From: Neoconidiobolus thromboides FSU 785
Lineage: Eukaryota; Fungi; Entomophthoromycota
NCBI GenBank assembly: GCA_025603075.1
Contig: MU626317.1
Location: 46,250 to 110,249, forward strand
Direction: 5' to 3'
Length of the DNA: 64,000 nt
Position numbers and translations under genes: made by a program. Under the pieces are notes generated by a model that worked only from the letters and a program-made list of their open reading frames with translations, ran no database searches and was not told where the DNA came from. Shown here piece by piece: positions 24,001 to 34,846 of the stretch (position 1 is the first letter of the stretch; each line of letters begins with the position of its first letter).

Positions 24001-26660
24001 AAAATGGTTGAATGATCTTTTTGGAGAGCTTTAATTGCGCTTGGCTTGTCTTCAAATCTATATATTGTGACCGGGTGATTTTGTTTTAATTTAATGGTAG
24101 AACTGTCACCCCACGTGTATACTGATCCAACAACAGACGGTGCTTCAAACCCAAGTTCTTCATTATATCTGATTTGAGGATGATAAAATGCAGCATATTT
24201 CTTGTTGGAATCTTTAGACATAATTATATTACCTGAAGTAGAGCAATTAAGAACCAAAGTATGTTCATCATTACATGTAAATAATTCTTCCTGAGTTTCT
24301 TTATCGCTGAACTTATACAAAGTTGAATGACCATACATTGTATCCTTCACTTTCTTTGGTTTTTGATCTTTACCCAAAACTCTATCCCCGATCTCAATAT
24401 TTTCTACGCATTTTAAGTTACCATCAGCCATCATAACTTTAGTTCCACGAGCAAAACAACGCCATGCTTCACTGAGATGCTGTAAAATGGTTTTAGATTT
24501 ATTGGCAGAAATACCTTCAGGCATCATATCTGTAATATCATGCATTACTGCAGCACGAAGTTCGAGGTCATAGTGGGATTCTACTCTCTGCTTAGTAACC
24601 GTTTTAGCAATACCTTTAGAATGACGTCCTTCGAATTGACGAGCAAGTAAATTACCAAGCCAGCGTTCGAGAAGTGGGACAATACCACGTAAGAAAAATA
24701 GCCATACTCTCCATCCTGGGGCCCAAAAACCACAACCAGGACCTTTGCCGACTGGCCCAGTATTGAATCTATAGTAGATCAAATGTTTTAAATCCTTGGT
24801 GAGACGGACTTGTCTCATTAATTTATACTTATAACGATACATACCAGTAAGCTGACCAACATGGGCAAAGATATACTGAAGACCATCAGCTAATTGGAAA
24901 GCATCAACATTGCCTAAACGATATTGTACATGTGAATCAACCACAAGCTTAGTAAGCCTTAAAATTTCACGACAAAGATGGAAAGCATTTCCGAAACGAG
25001 ATTTCTTACGTTCTTTAGTTGTTAAAGTTTTAATAGGCTTTAAATTGAAATTATAATCAAGATGGAGATAATTCAAATTTTTACGATGAATTAATAAATT
25101 CAGCATATTGTAACCTTGACGACACACTTGTAACCCTGCTTCTACCCAATCAAGATCAGTAATTTGGAAAAACTTGGTTGCTTTCAATTGACGGAATAAG
25201 TACTTTTTGTTTAACGCTTTAGGTTTACGATGCTTCAAGACATTCAAAACATAACATTTTAGTAACTTTTGGTAAGAAACACGGACCTTTACGGGCTGAT
25301 CTGGTGGACAATGCTCTAAGTACCAATTTTTGACAAGTGGGATATCTTGAGCACGTCTAGTGTTACCTGAACGCTTATCAAAAGGATGAGGGGCCCAGTA
25401 AAGAGCAATAGCATTTGAAGTATTATCAGTGTAAAGTGGAGCATCTTCAAAGAAAGGAGTTACATTTTCTGGTAAAGAGAATTCGAGATCTTCATCTTCA
25501 TCACCAAATATACTTTGTTCATGTAATCCAGAGATGCTTTTATCTTCGAAATCACGTGTAGAAATTGGATTAATAATAGGATCAAAATAAAATGTAGGTA
25601 ATTGAGGGTCATCATTACGAATGTAAACAACAGTTGGATAATGATACCATGAAACATGAACTGCTCTTGGTAAGGAATTATATAAAAATGGAAAAGCAAT
25701 CTTATACTCAGTACGAATTTGTTGACGAATGATAATCTTATTAATATCATTAAACTCATTCCAATCTTCATCAGCTGGGTCTAAATCTCTATATAAAGGC
25801 TCAAACTTAGGGCCACCTGGAATAGCTAAATTAAGTGATTTAGCAGTTATAAAAGAATTGACATCAAAAAGATAAAAGTAATTCTTATCATTGAGATCAG
25901 ATAAAAGTTGATGTGCTAAACGGTACAACGCTGACATGATTGGAAGATCAAGGTTCCATTTACGATAAGTATCGCCATTGATGAATTTTGTGCCAAGGAG
26001 TGGTTTATGGTCATAAAACCATTCATAAACTGCGCTATCTTCTTCTGGATCTAACTCCATTTGAATAGGCTCAAGAGGATCGACATCTAATATATTGTCA
26101 CCATAATCTAATGGAGGTTCTTCATCATCAAAAGGAGGGAAACGCATACGTTTAAAATGACGACGATCTCTTTTTTCTCTGCGCATCATAATCCACATGG
26201 TACCCCATTGAGCAAGGTAGATTGGCTCAACCACACGAGGTACCTCATTAACAAAAGTGATAGCACCAGTGATATGATACAAAACTGGGACTTCTCTTTC
26301 TTGTTCCCAGGGCATAGGCATGTTTTCTAATAACTTTAAAACGGCATGAGGGATATATTTAAGGGCACCCAAATAGATACGCTTATCATGGCGAAATTTT
26401 TTCGAAGACATATCACCATGGTCTTTAATGATTTTTCTAACGTGCTCCGGTGGCATTTTTTGCTTTTCTTGTTCAGCGAACCCGAATTTTCTTTTGTCGC
26501 CATAACGTTTTGAGTTCATTTGTTGCCATCTCTTAGCCTTCTCTTTGATTTTTTCGAGAAATCTAGCATTTTGAGGATCTAAAAGGTTATCCTCAGAAGC
26601 AGAAACTTGATAAGGATAATAATTTGAATTATTAGGAGCAGAATCTCCCTGTTCAGTCAT
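15057..26660 (-). CDS. PRP8: Pre-mRNA splicing factor Prp8 precursor (3867 aa) containing four inteins; predicted mature protein 2355 aa
   Basis: One uninterrupted ORF; the ATG is at 26660 (the track starts at TTG 26675). Hallmark Prp8 sequence throughout, e.g. [51 protein letters not shown]-terminal Jab1/MPN region. Confidence 0.98.
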   Translation of the reverse strand: MTEQGDSAPNNSNYYPYQVSASEDNLLDPQNARFLEKIKEKAKRWQQMNSKRYGDKRKFGFAEQEKQKMPPEHVRKIIKDHGDMSSKKFRHDKRIYLGALKYIPHAVLKLLENMPMPWEQEREVPVLYHITGAITFVNEVPRVVEPIYLAQWGTMWIMMRREKRDRRHFKRMRFPPFDDEEPPLDYGDNILDVDPLEPIQMELDPEEDSAVYEWFYDHKPLLGTKFINGDTYRKWNLDLPIMSALYRLAHQLLSDLNDKNYFYLFDVNSFITAKSLNLAIPGGPKFEPLYRDLDPADEDWNEFNDINKIIIRQQIRTEYKIAFPFLYNSLPRAVHVSWYHYPTVVYIRNDDPQLPTFYFDPIINPISTRDFEDKSISGLHEQSIFGDEDEDLEFSLPENVTPFFEDAPLYTDNTSNAIALYWAPHPFDKRSGNTRRAQDIPLVKNWYLEHCPPDQPVKVRVSYQKLLKCYVLNVLKHRKPKALNKKYLFRQLKATKFFQITDLDWVEAGLQVCRQGYNMLNLLIHRKNLNYLHLDYNFNLKPIKTLTTKERKKSRFGNAFHLCREILRLTKLVVDSHVQYRLGNVDAFQLADGLQYIFAHVGQLTGMYRYKYKLMRQVRLTKDLKHLIYYRFNTGPVGKGPGCGFWAPGWRVWLFFLRGIVPLLERWLGNLLARQFEGRHSKGIAKTVTKQRVESHYDLELRAAVMHDITDMMPEGISANKSKTILQHLSEAWRCFARGTKVMMADGNLKCVENIEIGDRVLGKDQKPKKVKDTMYGHSTLYKFSDKETQEELFTCNDEHTLVLNCSTSGNIIMSKDSNKKYAAFYHPQIRYNEELGFEAPSVVGSVYTWGDSSTIKLKQNHPVTIYRFEDKPSAIKALQKDHSTILNAGWEVSSLNYVKFSKTLLHSSFTFTMIRQSVNEFPYSSELDLEQVIHNLHFKASGELDQTPAPINSVAYAIGQQFASSTRIKEPNSNISVGSMAWDCISKLKELPSSDLLASCVMNQSKLFRSNILAGILESLPFNIDQLDLKLKIKVNEISPILKQLVVQVARSLGLFVSNREEQINIFGREFSTLPFINKLKGESVAMEDNNNNQFDVTEVSSKGEYFGFELDGKDPLFLLGNFIVAHNCWKANIPWKVPGLPTPIENMILRYVKSKADWWTSVAHYNRERIRRGATVDKTVCKKNLGRLTRLWLKAEQERQHNYLKDGPYISPEEAVAIFTSTVHWLESRKFTPIPFPPLSYKHDTKLLILALERLREAYSVKGRLNQSQREELGLIEQAYDNPHEALSRIKRLLLTQRAFKEVGIEFMDLYSHLIPVYDVEPMEKITDAYLDQYLWYEADKRHLFPAWIKPSDNEPPPLLTYKWCQGINNLTDIWETSEGECNVMVETRLNKVYEKVDITVLNRLLRLILDHNLADYMSAKNNVVLNYKDMNHLNSYGLIRGLQFASFIYQFWGLVLDLLLLGLQRASEMAGPPQLPNDFLQFRDVPTETKHPIRLYSRYIDRIYILFRFSADESRDLIQRYLTEHPDPNNENIVGYNNKKCWPRDCRMRLMKHDVNLGRATFWDMKNRLPRSVTTLDWEETFVSVYSRDNPNLLFSMCGFEVRILPKIRAKEETFSLKDGVWNLINEQTKERTAQAFLRVDDESIQRFNNRIRQILMSSGSTTFSKIVNKWNTALIGLMTYYREAVVHTREILDLLVKSESKIQTRVKIGLNSKMPSRFPPVVFYCYGKGMPIRLANGTTKSIEEIKVGNQVLGDDGKIRRVEHLVSGTAPLYRVKLSKALNCAYNEELLFEPGFLCNENHLLVLQIPKVSRVVQCFYDIEEVKANQSNVVYKVYYWKLKFDSMLKLIRPFEIEKLVEFDYATYIKHENDIDEVIMNVIEGLSNSNEWIVSVSEYNKYRSQMIKTGTKVLPCMMRYSTSIEEWPIGSKNRSIPSLLHSCHSFKNKLNKDSAEDYAWAIGAHLGSSGFTKSNVSANKNIDIDIFKALLTKMCIDHSTINDYSEIERFVQEPGYVRRALLAGLIDSSGQVQDDGYVFIKSLDSNEPVLKLVYELGRSLGLSTIATKTKSKDSTEYVGKVYLSSDLDVLPCKFVKLASMKSAIPKVNYRIFEISSQAEAVDEYYGFQVEKGQSQLFCHGDFLIGHNCPKELGGLGMLSMGHVLIPQSDLRWSRQTETGITHFRSGMSHDEDTLIPNLFRYLQPWESEFIDSQRVWAEYALKRQEATAQNRRLTLEDLEDSWDRGIPRINTLFQKDRHTLAYDKGWRVRTDFKQYQILKNNPFWWTHQRHDGKLWNLNNYRTDMIQALGGVEGILEHTLFKGTYFPTWEGLFWEKACFSGATPLMLQDGSIKLAKDVSVNDKLMGDDQLPRNIKEVVQGVAPLYEILPRVGEALTVTGNHILCLASSNKAVMSWSEDSSSYTVYWYNSGYCSMSFKVGEKEIQTKKEAGDAGANFLKHLETTSAAVKTYQIETTVRDLLSLPQHVQHIWSLYKVAINQSEEFIYINETDFEKVEADPALYIDENPKNSINSDTNAVAIKEFFVPIVSIKMTEPQEYYGFLVDGNQRFLRSDSMVVHNSGFEESMKYKKLTNAQRSGLNQIPNRRFTLWWSPTINRCFAPSTPVYMADGSIRAIKDIKIGDNVLGMDSKPRKVTGVHSGQDTMYEVCEVHHDQEKSSNEEGLDLIKYTSNSRHLLHLTTHMTVGEVTKDEQTGESFYINYTSLVTREFNGEEIQMVAWIKKSFHISDYENSKANTFEAAKGFRDNLINLSKSTITWELETQLYSFVDESIRQLTYQLVAPVLLGNNKFEEICRKEGLPASEVNNVAWLVGLWIAGDRTAEKNADNKDYISQMKRVRAIYHNIGAEALNIGELASEEVNVNKEIKTNKIWNLMCQLNMKRSQPKVVPTWFFTESISVRENLLAGLIDSDGEVVNPNPEDKELENKMELTRYNDFKEAREKYQKVVFTSVHQNIVTGALALARSLGIKYSVSNHETNNGFKSCVTFVPCSALTKVLSLSSIDRKRREAPIAVQYLPVEYRFNVVKTAGTLGQYCGITLDEDSDKLFLLGNNAVVHNSNVYVGFQVQLDLTGIFMHGKIPTLKISLIQIFRAHLWQKIHEALVMDMVQVFDQESEALQIESVQKETIHPRKSYKMNSSCADILLFASYKWGVSRPSLLNDNKDSMDNGTIQKFWIDIQLRWGDFDSHDVERYTRAKFLDYTTDNMSIYPSPTGMMIGVDLAYNLYSAYGNWFPGLKPLTQQAMGKIIKANPALYVLRERIRKGVQLYSSEPTEPYLNSTNYGELFSNQIIWFVDDTNVYRVTIHKTFEGNLTTKPINGAIFIFNPRNGDLFLKIIHTSVWAGQKRLGQLAKWKTAEEVAALIRSLPVEEQPRQIIVTRKGMLDPLEVHLLDFPNIVIKGSELQLPFQACLKVEKFGDLILKANEPMMCLFNLYDNFLTTISSYTAFFRLILILRALHVNNDKTKMILRPDKNTITEAHHIWPTLPDDEWIKVEVALKDLILADYGKKNNVNVASLTQPEIRDIILGMEISAPSLQRQQIAEIEKQAKEQSQLTAVTTKTHNIHGDEIITTTTTGYETQTFSSKTDWRVRAISSTNLQLRTQHIFVASDDLKDSGYTYVLPKNLLKRFIIISDLRTQISGFLYGVSPKDNPQVKEIRSIVMVPQWGTHQMVHLPNNPPEHEQLNDLEPLGWIHTLPNELPHLSPQDVTTHAKLLGSYPGWDIDTSVIITCAFTPGSCSLTCYKVTPSGNEWGASNKDLSGTNPAGYLPTHYERIQMLLSDKFFGFFLSPVDSIWNYNFQGASHQPDKEYHLSLEVPLPFYDERHRPAHYLNFSQLEDGSNMNNNVVDREDMLS
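17445..18818 (-). mobile_element. PRP8 intein 4 (458 aa), inserted after extein residue 1560 (WWSPTINR|SNVYVGF); most intact LAGLIDADG endonuclease
   Basis: Starts [13 protein letters not shown]; block [12 protein letters not shown]; [12 protein letters not shown] and [11 protein letters not shown]; ALARSLGI; QYCGITL; ends AVVHN followed by Ser+1. Confidence 0.95.
18933..19655 (-). mobile_element. PRP8 intein 3 (241 aa mini-intein) at the canonical PRP8-a site (FWEKA|SGFEES), after extein residue 1522
   Basis: Starts [13 protein letters not shown]; block [12 protein letters not shown]; [13 protein letters not shown]; ends MVVHN followed by Ser+1. No LAGLIDADG motif is visible. Confidence 0.95.
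20223..21476 (-). mobile_element. PRP8 intein 2 (418 aa), inserted after extein residue 1333 (FPPVVFY|CPKELGG); degenerate LAGLIDADG
   Basis: Starts [13 protein letters not shown]; block [12 protein letters not shown]; [12 protein letters not shown] and [11 protein letters not shown]; EYYGFQV; ends LIGHN followed by Cys+1. Confidence 0.95.
23274..24458 (-). mobile_element. PRP8 intein 1 (395 aa), inserted after extein residue 734 (HLSEAWR|CWKANIPW); degenerate LAGLIDADG remnant
   Basis: Starts [13 protein letters not shown]; block [12 protein letters not shown]; block F EYFGFEL; ends IVAHN followed by Cys+1. Endonuclease remnant NILAGILES...VARSLGL. Confidence 0.95.
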
Positions 26661-27672
26661 CTTTAAATTGAACAAATTGGAGATTGATAAAAAAGTGAGT
26701 TAAATTTCTTAGATTATTTAAAATATAACTTTTAAATAAAAAAGTTAGTTCAATTCAATCCAAGTTGAAGTTGGTTTAAACATCCACGAAATCTGAGATA
26801 CTTATGAGACAAATCCTAGCTTCCAGTTATTTGATTGGATGCTAATTGCGCATTCCAATCCAAAAAGAACAAAATCCTACTATATAGACAAAAAGTTTAG
26901 AGTAACAGATGCTCTCTACATTTTGCTCAAAACTGCGAAATATGCATTTGCGTTTGACTAACTAACTTCTATTTTGCAATTAGTTTTAGGACCAAACATT
27001 CTTTCAAAAGTAGCAATTCGAGCTGTGAGCGTTGTTTTTGGTTGAAATAATGAAACTATTAAATTAGAACTTAATAACGATACATGTTATATTACTTTCT
27101 TAATAAATTAGAGAATAATCATTATTTTAAAGTTATAATCCTTGATTTAATCCTTGGTTGTCTTTTTATATAATATTCAATAGGTTATTTTTTTATATTA
27201 TAATATGTTATTAGATAAACCAAATTGAGCTATTATTTTTAGGACTAACACAACTAATTGATCAATCACAATATTAAGAAATTTTGAACACAAACTTAGT
27301 TTATTTAATAAGCTTAAAAATTACTGATCTAGTTACAATCTAAAAATAAATAATCCCCAAGACATTATCTACAATAACGCTCTCTTCATCTTGATGCTAC
27401 AACCATATCTGATTGATAGTAAATAACGATATTAATCTTGTTCTTTAGCAGCTTAAAAACTTTCAATTCAAACAAGTAATTTTTATATTAAAATTTTTAT
27501 TAGAGAAGGAAACAAAATTGAAAACTTGGGCAGGTCAATTGAATTCTAAATTCAATTTCAATAACATAATAATACTTTAAACTTCATAAGAAAGCTAAGA
27601 GTAATGAGCTGTTCATCATAAAATTATTGCATGGTCAATAACCTTTGTACCAATAGCTTAATAATTCTTGCT

Positions 27673-28857
27673 TTATGGGTTATGTAAATAGCTATGGTGT
27701 TCATGTTGAGATCCATAAACGACAGAATCATGTTTAGGATAAGTTAAATAATCGTTAATAGGGGGAAGATAATGTTTCGAACTTCCATTCTGCATACTAC
27801 TGCTTACCATCAGTGGTGGTGTTTTTGGATCTTTGGATCCAACAGCCTGTCTTGAGGTTCCACAACAATTACTCAGATGAACTGTTGGTGCATGACAGCT
27901 CGTATTTTCTGGTGACTGAGTGGAAGTTAAAAATGATTTTGAGCTATCAAACGAGTGGGAGTTACTAGTATATTTTCCATGATAGTCACGCTTAGTACCG
28001 TAGTAAGGAAGTCCTTGATCGATTGGCTGTGTGCTATTTAAGTTGATCAGCTCAGGTCTTAAAGATGGAGCAGAATAAGAGTTCTCTCTACTTCTAGTGG
28101 CCCCATGCCTTATCCTATACTCTGGTGGGTTTCTGGAATGACTATAAATAGGCTCGAAGGATGCAGTGTTATTTATAAGGTCTTGAGTGTCATATAGAAG
28201 TTCATTAGCTAATTTTCTTCTACGACTTGCTCTGTCATCATAGTCATTTAAAGTATCTTGCAACATGTATTGAAAAGAAGATATCAGTTTCATTGCATTT
28301 TTTTGAAACTTTATATTTTGTTCAAATTGTTGTTGCAATTTAATAATAGTTTCATTCTGGGAAAATACCATTCTTTCCAAATCTTCTATTTTACGGGTTA
28401 ACTGTTCGGAGGTTCCAATTGAAGGTCTAGTTTCGGGCATATAACTTTGAGATAGATCTTCACCGATTGGAGTACTGTCCTTGTTTTTTTCTTCTTTGGA
28501 TGGCGGGCGGTAAGCCTTTCTTCTTATTTTAACAAAGAGTTCAGGGGTATCACGTTGAAAATCTGGATGCTTAAAATCCCATGAACAGGTAGTAGATGAC
28601 AAATGGAAAGCGTCAGAAAGTTTAGTAAAGCCATACATATTAAGCTGACGAACGAAACTTTGCCAGTTCCCATGCTTAAAGTAGTTGGGTAACACCTTAC
28701 TGCAAAATTGACTCAAATCTTTAACACCAAATGACTTGCCATCATCGCTCCAGCATATTAAATTATGATTGCTACTGTTTTGTAAGATGGTGTATAGTTT
28801 TTCAACAAAGGTAGGGACAGTATAATTGTCTTGGGAATTGGATTGCTTTTCTTTCAT
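27673..28857 (-). CDS. HSF-type DNA-binding domain transcription factor (394 aa)
   Basis: VPTFVEKLY...ICWSDDGKSF...VLPNYFKHGNWQSFVRQLNMYGFTK...FKHPDFQRD is an HSF DBD, followed by a coiled-coil segment. Confidence 0.9.
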   Translation of the reverse strand: MKEKQSNSQDNYTVPTFVEKLYTILQNSSNHNLICWSDDGKSFGVKDLSQFCSKVLPNYFKHGNWQSFVRQLNMYGFTKLSDAFHLSSTTCSWDFKHPDFQRDTPELFVKIRRKAYRPPSKEEKNKDSTPIGEDLSQSYMPETRPSIGTSEQLTRKIEDLERMVFSQNETIIKLQQQFEQNIKFQKNAMKLISSFQYMLQDTLNDYDDRASRRRKLANELLYDTQDLINNTASFEPIYSHSRNPPEYRIRHGATRSRENSYSAPSLRPELINLNSTQPIDQGLPYYGTKRDYHGKYTSNSHSFDSSKSFLTSTQSPENTSCHAPTVHLSNCCGTSRQAVGSKDPKTPPLMVSSSMQNGSSKHYLPPINDYLTYPKHDSVVYGSQHEHHSYLHNP

Positions 28858-30193
28858 TTTAAAATTTAAAAAATAACTAAAAACTTAAAAAGCTTCAATA
28901 TAAAAATGAGTTATTTTTTAAGTTTCTAGAAGAGTCAATCATTCTGAACCAATGTTTAGCTAATTGGTTGACACGGAACCTTCCCTCCTTTATTAGTAAT
29001 CTTCGTTTCTAATTTGCTCAATTTTTTCTAACAACATGCAATAGCAATATTCCCTCAATTATAGAATAACAATGATTTTCTAGAAGGAATCATTTAAGGA
29101 ATCATGATTTAATAGCCTTATTTCTCTAACTTATTCTTTTGATATTTCCTCAGAATAGAATTATTTGGTCCAATTAGATATGGTATAACTACCTTTGTAT
29201 TTTTTAATTGGCAGTTTAATAATGATTTTAACTTTTAATTAATAACTGTGGTTATTAATTTATATAAATATTAAGAAAAGAATAAATCAAATGGAAGTAA
29301 TGGTCGAAGGCATTATCCATTTTTAAATTCTTTATTTTTAAATAAAACATAATATATAAGCCAACAAGGGAGCCATTTATTCAAATAAAAGTAGGCAAAG
29401 GAGATGTAACAACAAAAAGATTCGAAAATGAGATGATAATGCTATTGGATGGAATGATGTTGAAGATCAACTGGTGACTTAACAACAGAACATTTTATGT
29501 TATTTATTCTATTTTTAGATTGTCTGAGTAGAAAGAATCAATCATTTAATAAAAATTTTAAAATCAATAAACAATAAAAAATGATGCTTAAGATTATTAC
29601 AAGATTCAATACATCAAAATGATTTAAATGATATTTTTGGAATAAAGTTTTAGTAAACCTGTTTGTTTAATTTGTCTATTAGATTTAAATTAAAGATTGT
29701 TGATATATAATTTTAGATGAAAATATTATTTGTGAGACACTGTTTTAATCAAAACTTTTGTCTGCTTTTTAACCTTGGCAGGTTTGGGATCTTAATTAGA
29801 TAATAGTGATTTTACAAGCTTTAAATTTGAGGAAAATAAAACATCTTTGGAATAAGTTTATCTAACTGGAGTGTCTAGTCATGCAGGTAAATTATACAAT
29901 TTAAGAAACTGACTGTTTTTAATATTATTAGTTTTATTCTACGAATAAATCGAATTTCACCCAATTTTCAGTATAAAATATTGTGCAATGATGAATTCTC
30001 TATTTGATAAATTAATTATTTTTATAATATAAATATTATTATGTCAATATGAGAAAATATTAAAATATAACTTTTGAATTCCTTATTTGGACTTATATCA
30101 ATAAAATAGCTTTTCAATATTATTTTTTCACTTGTTCAAGTTTATGCTAATTTACTATATTAAATTATATTGTAAAACGTCCAAAAACGATAT

Positions 30194-30289
30194 TGAGGTG
30201 TTTTTTATTTCATCACTTTTTCCATTTTTTAAGTACTATTTGAGCAGAAAATTTGTTGGTAAAATTCTTAAATACAAAAATACGTCCCC
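30194..30289 (+). mobile_element. MITE copy 7
   Basis: Shared core; TSD ATAT/ATAT. Confidence 0.8.
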
Positions 30290-31012
30290 ATATCTTATTT
30301 TATTTTAAATATTGGCTATGATATTATTAAGTATAAAAATTGTCTTCTAAACTACTTTAACTAGGAGTATTTGGATATCATTAAATATTAAATGAAAGGA
30401 ATTTTACTATCAACTTTATTATAAAAAACTATAAAAAGTATTACTCGTACTTAATTCCCCTGCTAGTAGTCAATCAATGTAAAATACTCAGTTTAAAAAC
30501 CAAAGCTTCTAGTATTTGTTACGAAAAGTGATGGTGCCAGTCTGCCAAACAGCTCCACTTTCAACCTGCCTCTAATTAGTTGAATGCTTGTGAAGGACTC
30601 ACTTTAATGTCAAAGGTCTCTACCGAGTTATGTTTAATTATTTTTAACTTTAACTTTCATTATGAGTTTACTTTTGACTAATATGAAGTATATTGACATT
30701 TTAATATAAACAGTAAAAGACTAATTTTTTCTTGTGAGAGTTTAATAGTACAAATGAGAGTAGTAATCAATTTGGTTGATAAGTATAAGCCTCTAAATTA
30801 CATCTGTAAGGACATTATTATAAAATGGTTGAATGTTACCAATCGATTAACAAAGAATATAGCGTTTTCTTAATTTACTACCTACGTTGTTTTTTTCATG
30901 ATGATATTATCTTGGTATCAGCTATAGTGTACTTATAAAGAAATATCCGAATTTTAAGCTTAAAAAAAGTCGTTTTATCCAAAATGGAATAAATACGATT
31001 GCATTATGATAT

Positions 31013-31072
31013 TGGGATGTATTTCTTTGTTTAAAAATTTTACTAACAATCTTTCCACTCAAATACATCCTC
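31013..31072 (-). mobile_element. MITE copy 8, internally deleted (60 bp)
   Basis: Both TIRs retained; CTCAAATA is joined directly to CATCCTC; TSD ATAT/ATAT. Confidence 0.75.
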
Positions 31073-31220
31073 ATATATTAAGTGGAAATAGTAAATATAA
31101 GTATTATAAAAATCTTTTTTCTTTTTTGAAATAGTTAGAATAATTAAATCATTTTAATCGTTTAATTAATTTGTATTAATAGCATTAAATTAAATTGAAT
31201 TGACTAAACTTGAATGACTA

Positions 31221-31272
31221 TAAAATAAAAAATAAAAATAAAAATAAAAAATAAAATAAAAATAAAATAAAA
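31221..31272. repeat. Imperfect (A4-6 T)n microsatellite downstream of 7TM paralog 1
   Basis: taaaataaaaaataaaaataaaaataaaaaataaaataaaaataaaataaaa. Confidence 0.75.
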
Positions 31273-31337
31273 ACAAATAATATATTGTATAACCAAAAAT
31301 TAAATAAATAATTTATTTTTTTATTGCATCAAATTAA

Positions 31338-32252
31338 TTAAAACGGAAGTCTATGTCTAATTTTGCGGAACAATAATCTTAATTCCTTATTAATAGCAGT
31401 ATGCATCGTTAATACTAATAATGAATTAAGTAAGATACCTGTAGTGGCTAATAAAGTAGCAGCTGAACTAACACCAATGATAGTCGAATCATTAAATGGA
31501 GTAAATAAACTTAAGCTACTTTCAGTCAAATAAAAGACCATAGCACTAAACATACACATAGCGTACAATAGAATTAATAATATAATTCTATAAAATGCTA
31601 ACTTTAAATTTAGTCTTTTTTTATTAGAATTATTGGTATCTGATTGAGTTGTATTACCTCCAATCGGTATAAATTTATCTAACTTATAAGTATAGATCGC
31701 TAGCTTCGAATAACAATAAATGATAGTTATAGCACTTATTAAAGTGATGGTCATAAAATAATAAAAAGTGATTGTTGAAACGGTAGACTTAAATGGAAAT
31801 ATAAAGCATATAATACCACTTGCATTGGGTATAAATTCCATTGAGAATGCTAAATAGCTTGATAATCCAATATAAAGTAAAGACAACATAATTACAATAA
31901 GGATCAAATAATTATTATAATGAAATTTCATGATATTAGAGTAACGTTCAATAGCCAATAAAGCATTAAAAATAATTTGTAGAAATAAAACAAGTACTGA
32001 AAAGAAGCCTAAATATTGACATAAATTGGGAGTTAAAATAGCATCATTATCATGCATCGTTGTTATAATAACATCTGTGACCCCAACAAATGGAGCTATT
32101 AACTCAATGATTGCTATTACTTGAATATACTTAATATCTCGCGTTATTGGTCGTACTTTGACTGATAGGTGTAATAATAAGATATCTAAAATTGCCGACA
32201 TTACAGTTATACCTACAGCTACAAATCCAGCTGGGTTTAAGTTCGGCATCAT
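31338..32252 (-). CDS. Intronless class-A-like 7TM receptor (304 aa), paralog 1
   Basis: Seven hydrophobic stretches, TM3 CQYLGF and a DRY-like LAIERY motif; homologous to the other four copies in the window. Confidence 0.75.
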   Translation of the reverse strand: MMPNLNPAGFVAVGITVMSAILDILLLHLSVKVRPITRDIKYIQVIAIIELIAPFVGVTDVIITTMHDNDAILTPNLCQYLGFFSVLVLFLQIIFNALLAIERYSNIMKFHYNNYLILIVIMLSLLYIGLSSYLAFSMEFIPNASGIICFIFPFKSTVSTITFYYFMTITLISAITIIYCYSKLAIYTYKLDKFIPIGGNTTQSDTNNSNKKRLNLKLAFYRIILLILLYAMCMFSAMVFYLTESSLSLFTPFNDSTIIGVSSAATLLATTGILLNSLLVLTMHTAINKELRLLFRKIRHRLPF

Positions 32253-33901
32253 ACTCTTTTATTGTTAGTATATTATTATTGAATAAAATAAAATCAATTT
32301 TAAATCGATAAAGAAAAATCATTCTTTTTATTATTGAGTTTACTTAGCTACCATTAAATTTATCTATGCCACCTTGCTTTGTTTTAAACTATTCTTTATT
32401 TATTTATGGTAATTATATAATTTTCATTTTGTTTATATGGATTATCGTAACTATTATATATTTTTAAGTGGCTGAGGTTTTGAGAATAATAAATATTGGA
32501 AACAAATAGTATTAAAAGCCTAACTTTTGCTTTTTTGTATATCCACTTGTTTTTTTATTGGGTTTTTTTTATGCCTAAGACCAAACATATTATACTATTT
32601 ATTGAATTTAGACTAAATGTATTATTTTAATAAATTAATAATAAATAATATATTGACTATAACCAAGTTTAAACCTTATTTATTTATTTGTATATATTAT
32701 AAATGTTTCAAAGCATTCAAAATAAATATCAGCTTCAATAAATACTACATATCTATCCTTTATAGTAATTTGCTAGTTATTTTAAAATATAGAAAATTAT
32801 TATTCTCAAAATAAATACACCATATTTTGGTGTGCTCTTATAAAAAAAACGGCTTTTATTAAGTTGGTTTTTATATGCTAGCGCTTTTCCATACATATAT
32901 TAAATAAGTGTTACTGGTTCCAGTAGTATATGTCTTTGACGTCTAGGAACAGTATTGATTTTAGTGTCAATTTCTTCAACTGTTTTAATAGCTATTTGAT
33001 TCTTTTTGATCACCTTTTTACTTGCATGAAGATTCCTAAAACATGAAAATCAAGCCAATATTAAAAAACATGAAATCATATCCAATCAAAAGATTCCAAC
33101 TATTGAGCTACTTATAACCCAAATGAAGAAAACAGTGAATGTCTCATAAAACCTTGTCAGTTTTATTTTTGACAATAACATTTTTATCTTAATATAAGCA
33201 TATTATCAAGGAATTTTTAAGTTAATGCTATAGCTAAAACAAGTTACAAATTGTAGAGTGTAATTAATTATGTTGGATGACAAGCCTTTTTTAAGTTTCT
33301 CTAGCTCTTAAGATTTACTAAAATTTAAAATAATGCAGTTTTAAACTCATTTGTTAAAACTTTCAATCTTAAATTCAAGGTATAGAGTATATCTCACTCA
33401 TTTTAAATTATTTAAAAGAAAATTAAGCATAAATACTACAAAAATAAGAGTGTCTATTCTTCTGCTAAAAATATTAAATAATTTGAAACCAGATAGAAAA
33501 TGAAGTAATGAAATAATAACAAAGCCCCTTCCTTAATTTTCTCAATTTTTCACTATTTTATATATATTCATAGAATAATTGAATTTTAGGCTAAAATTAT
33601 CTGAAAGTCATTGATTGCAATATTAAACATTTTTTATACCTGAAAGTGAGAGAATTTTTCGATAAAAAAGAAAACTATAGAAGTTCCCATACCCTTGTGC
33701 AAACGGATTTGCCCAAAAAGCTAGTTTACTTTATAAATTACCTTACAAACCTTGAAAGATTAAACCTAAGAAAGTGGGAAGTAATCTTTTTGAATTTTAA
33801 ATATGGTTAAGTTCAAAAACCAAGTTAAGTAACTGACCTTATAGATAAAATGTTATGGATTTGTAATAATCTACTATTTCTATTTATATCAAATAATATT
33901 T

Positions 33902-33999
33902 GTGAGTGTTTTTTTTGACTTCATTATTTTTTCCATTTTTAAGCGCTATTTAAACAGAAAAATTGTTAGTAAAATTCTTAAACACAAAAATACATCCTC
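33902..33999 (+). mobile_element. MITE copy 9
   Basis: Shared core; TSD ATTT/ATTT. Confidence 0.8.
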
Positions 34000-34139
34000 A
34001 TTTATTTATATAATGTTTCAGATGATAATCATCTTGAATTACATGCCTTTTGATAATTTATATTATAGAACTTAAATTTAAATTGTTAGATTTGTCAGAT
34101 TAATTTAATCAACTATACTACTAATATATATAAATACAT

Positions 34140-34232
34140 GGAGATATATCTTTGTTTAAGAATTTTACCAACTTTTCTACTCAAATAGCACTTATAAATA
34201 GAAAAAGTAATGAAGCCAAAAAAAACAGCTCC
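34140..34232 (-). mobile_element. MITE copy 10
   Basis: Reverse-orientation core; flanks ACAT/ACTT (one mismatch). Confidence 0.72.
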
Positions 34233-34560
34233 ACTTATTAAATTTAGGGCTTATTATTATTGTTTCTATCATAGAAATTGGTACATAAATAAAGAACGAG
34301 ATCATCATATTATTATTAAAAGATTTAAACCTCAAGTTATAAATAATATACAGAACTGTGAAATTTATTTACTTTATCGCCATTATTATTACTTCTGTTA
34401 CCACTTGAGGTTATGGTTATACTGAAAAATATAAATACATTGCTTCTCATGTAACTAGGACCATTATCATTTACACTATGACTACTCTTCGTTTACTATG
34501 TCCTACTTCTCCACATTTTTAACTTGTTAAAGTACTAGAACAAAAACAAAGAATTCATAT

Positions 34561-34658
34561 GGAGGTGTTTTTTTTTGACTTTATCACTTTTTCCATTTTT
34601 AAGCACTATTTGAGTGGAAAATTTGCTAGTGAAATCCTTAAACATAAAATACATCCCC
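34561..34658 (+). mobile_element. MITE copy 11
   Basis: GGAGGTG...CATCCCC; TSD ATAT/ATAT. Confidence 0.82.
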
Positions 34659-34846
34659 ATATTTTAAATATCAAAATTTTATCCCTTTGCATTATTAACT
34701 AAATACTTAATGATAATCAATCAAGTTTATATATGATATTGATTATAGATAGTGTTTTCTTTAAAAATGAACAAAGAACTATTATAAATATCGGAAAATA
34801 ATGGAATTTTTAGATCATCAAAAATAGTAATAATAAAATTCGATAT

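Noticed and set aside
16682-25771. Short ORFs overlapping PRP8 (16682, 17710, 19772, 20690, 20818, 21706, 22502, 23260, 23590, 25460)
   Set aside because: Alternative-frame or antisense shadows of a strongly conserved CDS, with no motifs.
26830-26861. Near-palindrome GATTGGATGC...GCATTCCAATC upstream of PRP8
   Set aside because: Most simply two oppositely oriented CCAAT boxes; CCAAT-like motifs precede many genes here, so it is not distinctive.
28921-28935. TTCTAGAA heat-shock-element-like site upstream of the HSF gene (autoregulation)
   Set aside because: Only two nGAAn units, which is expected by chance at this AT content.
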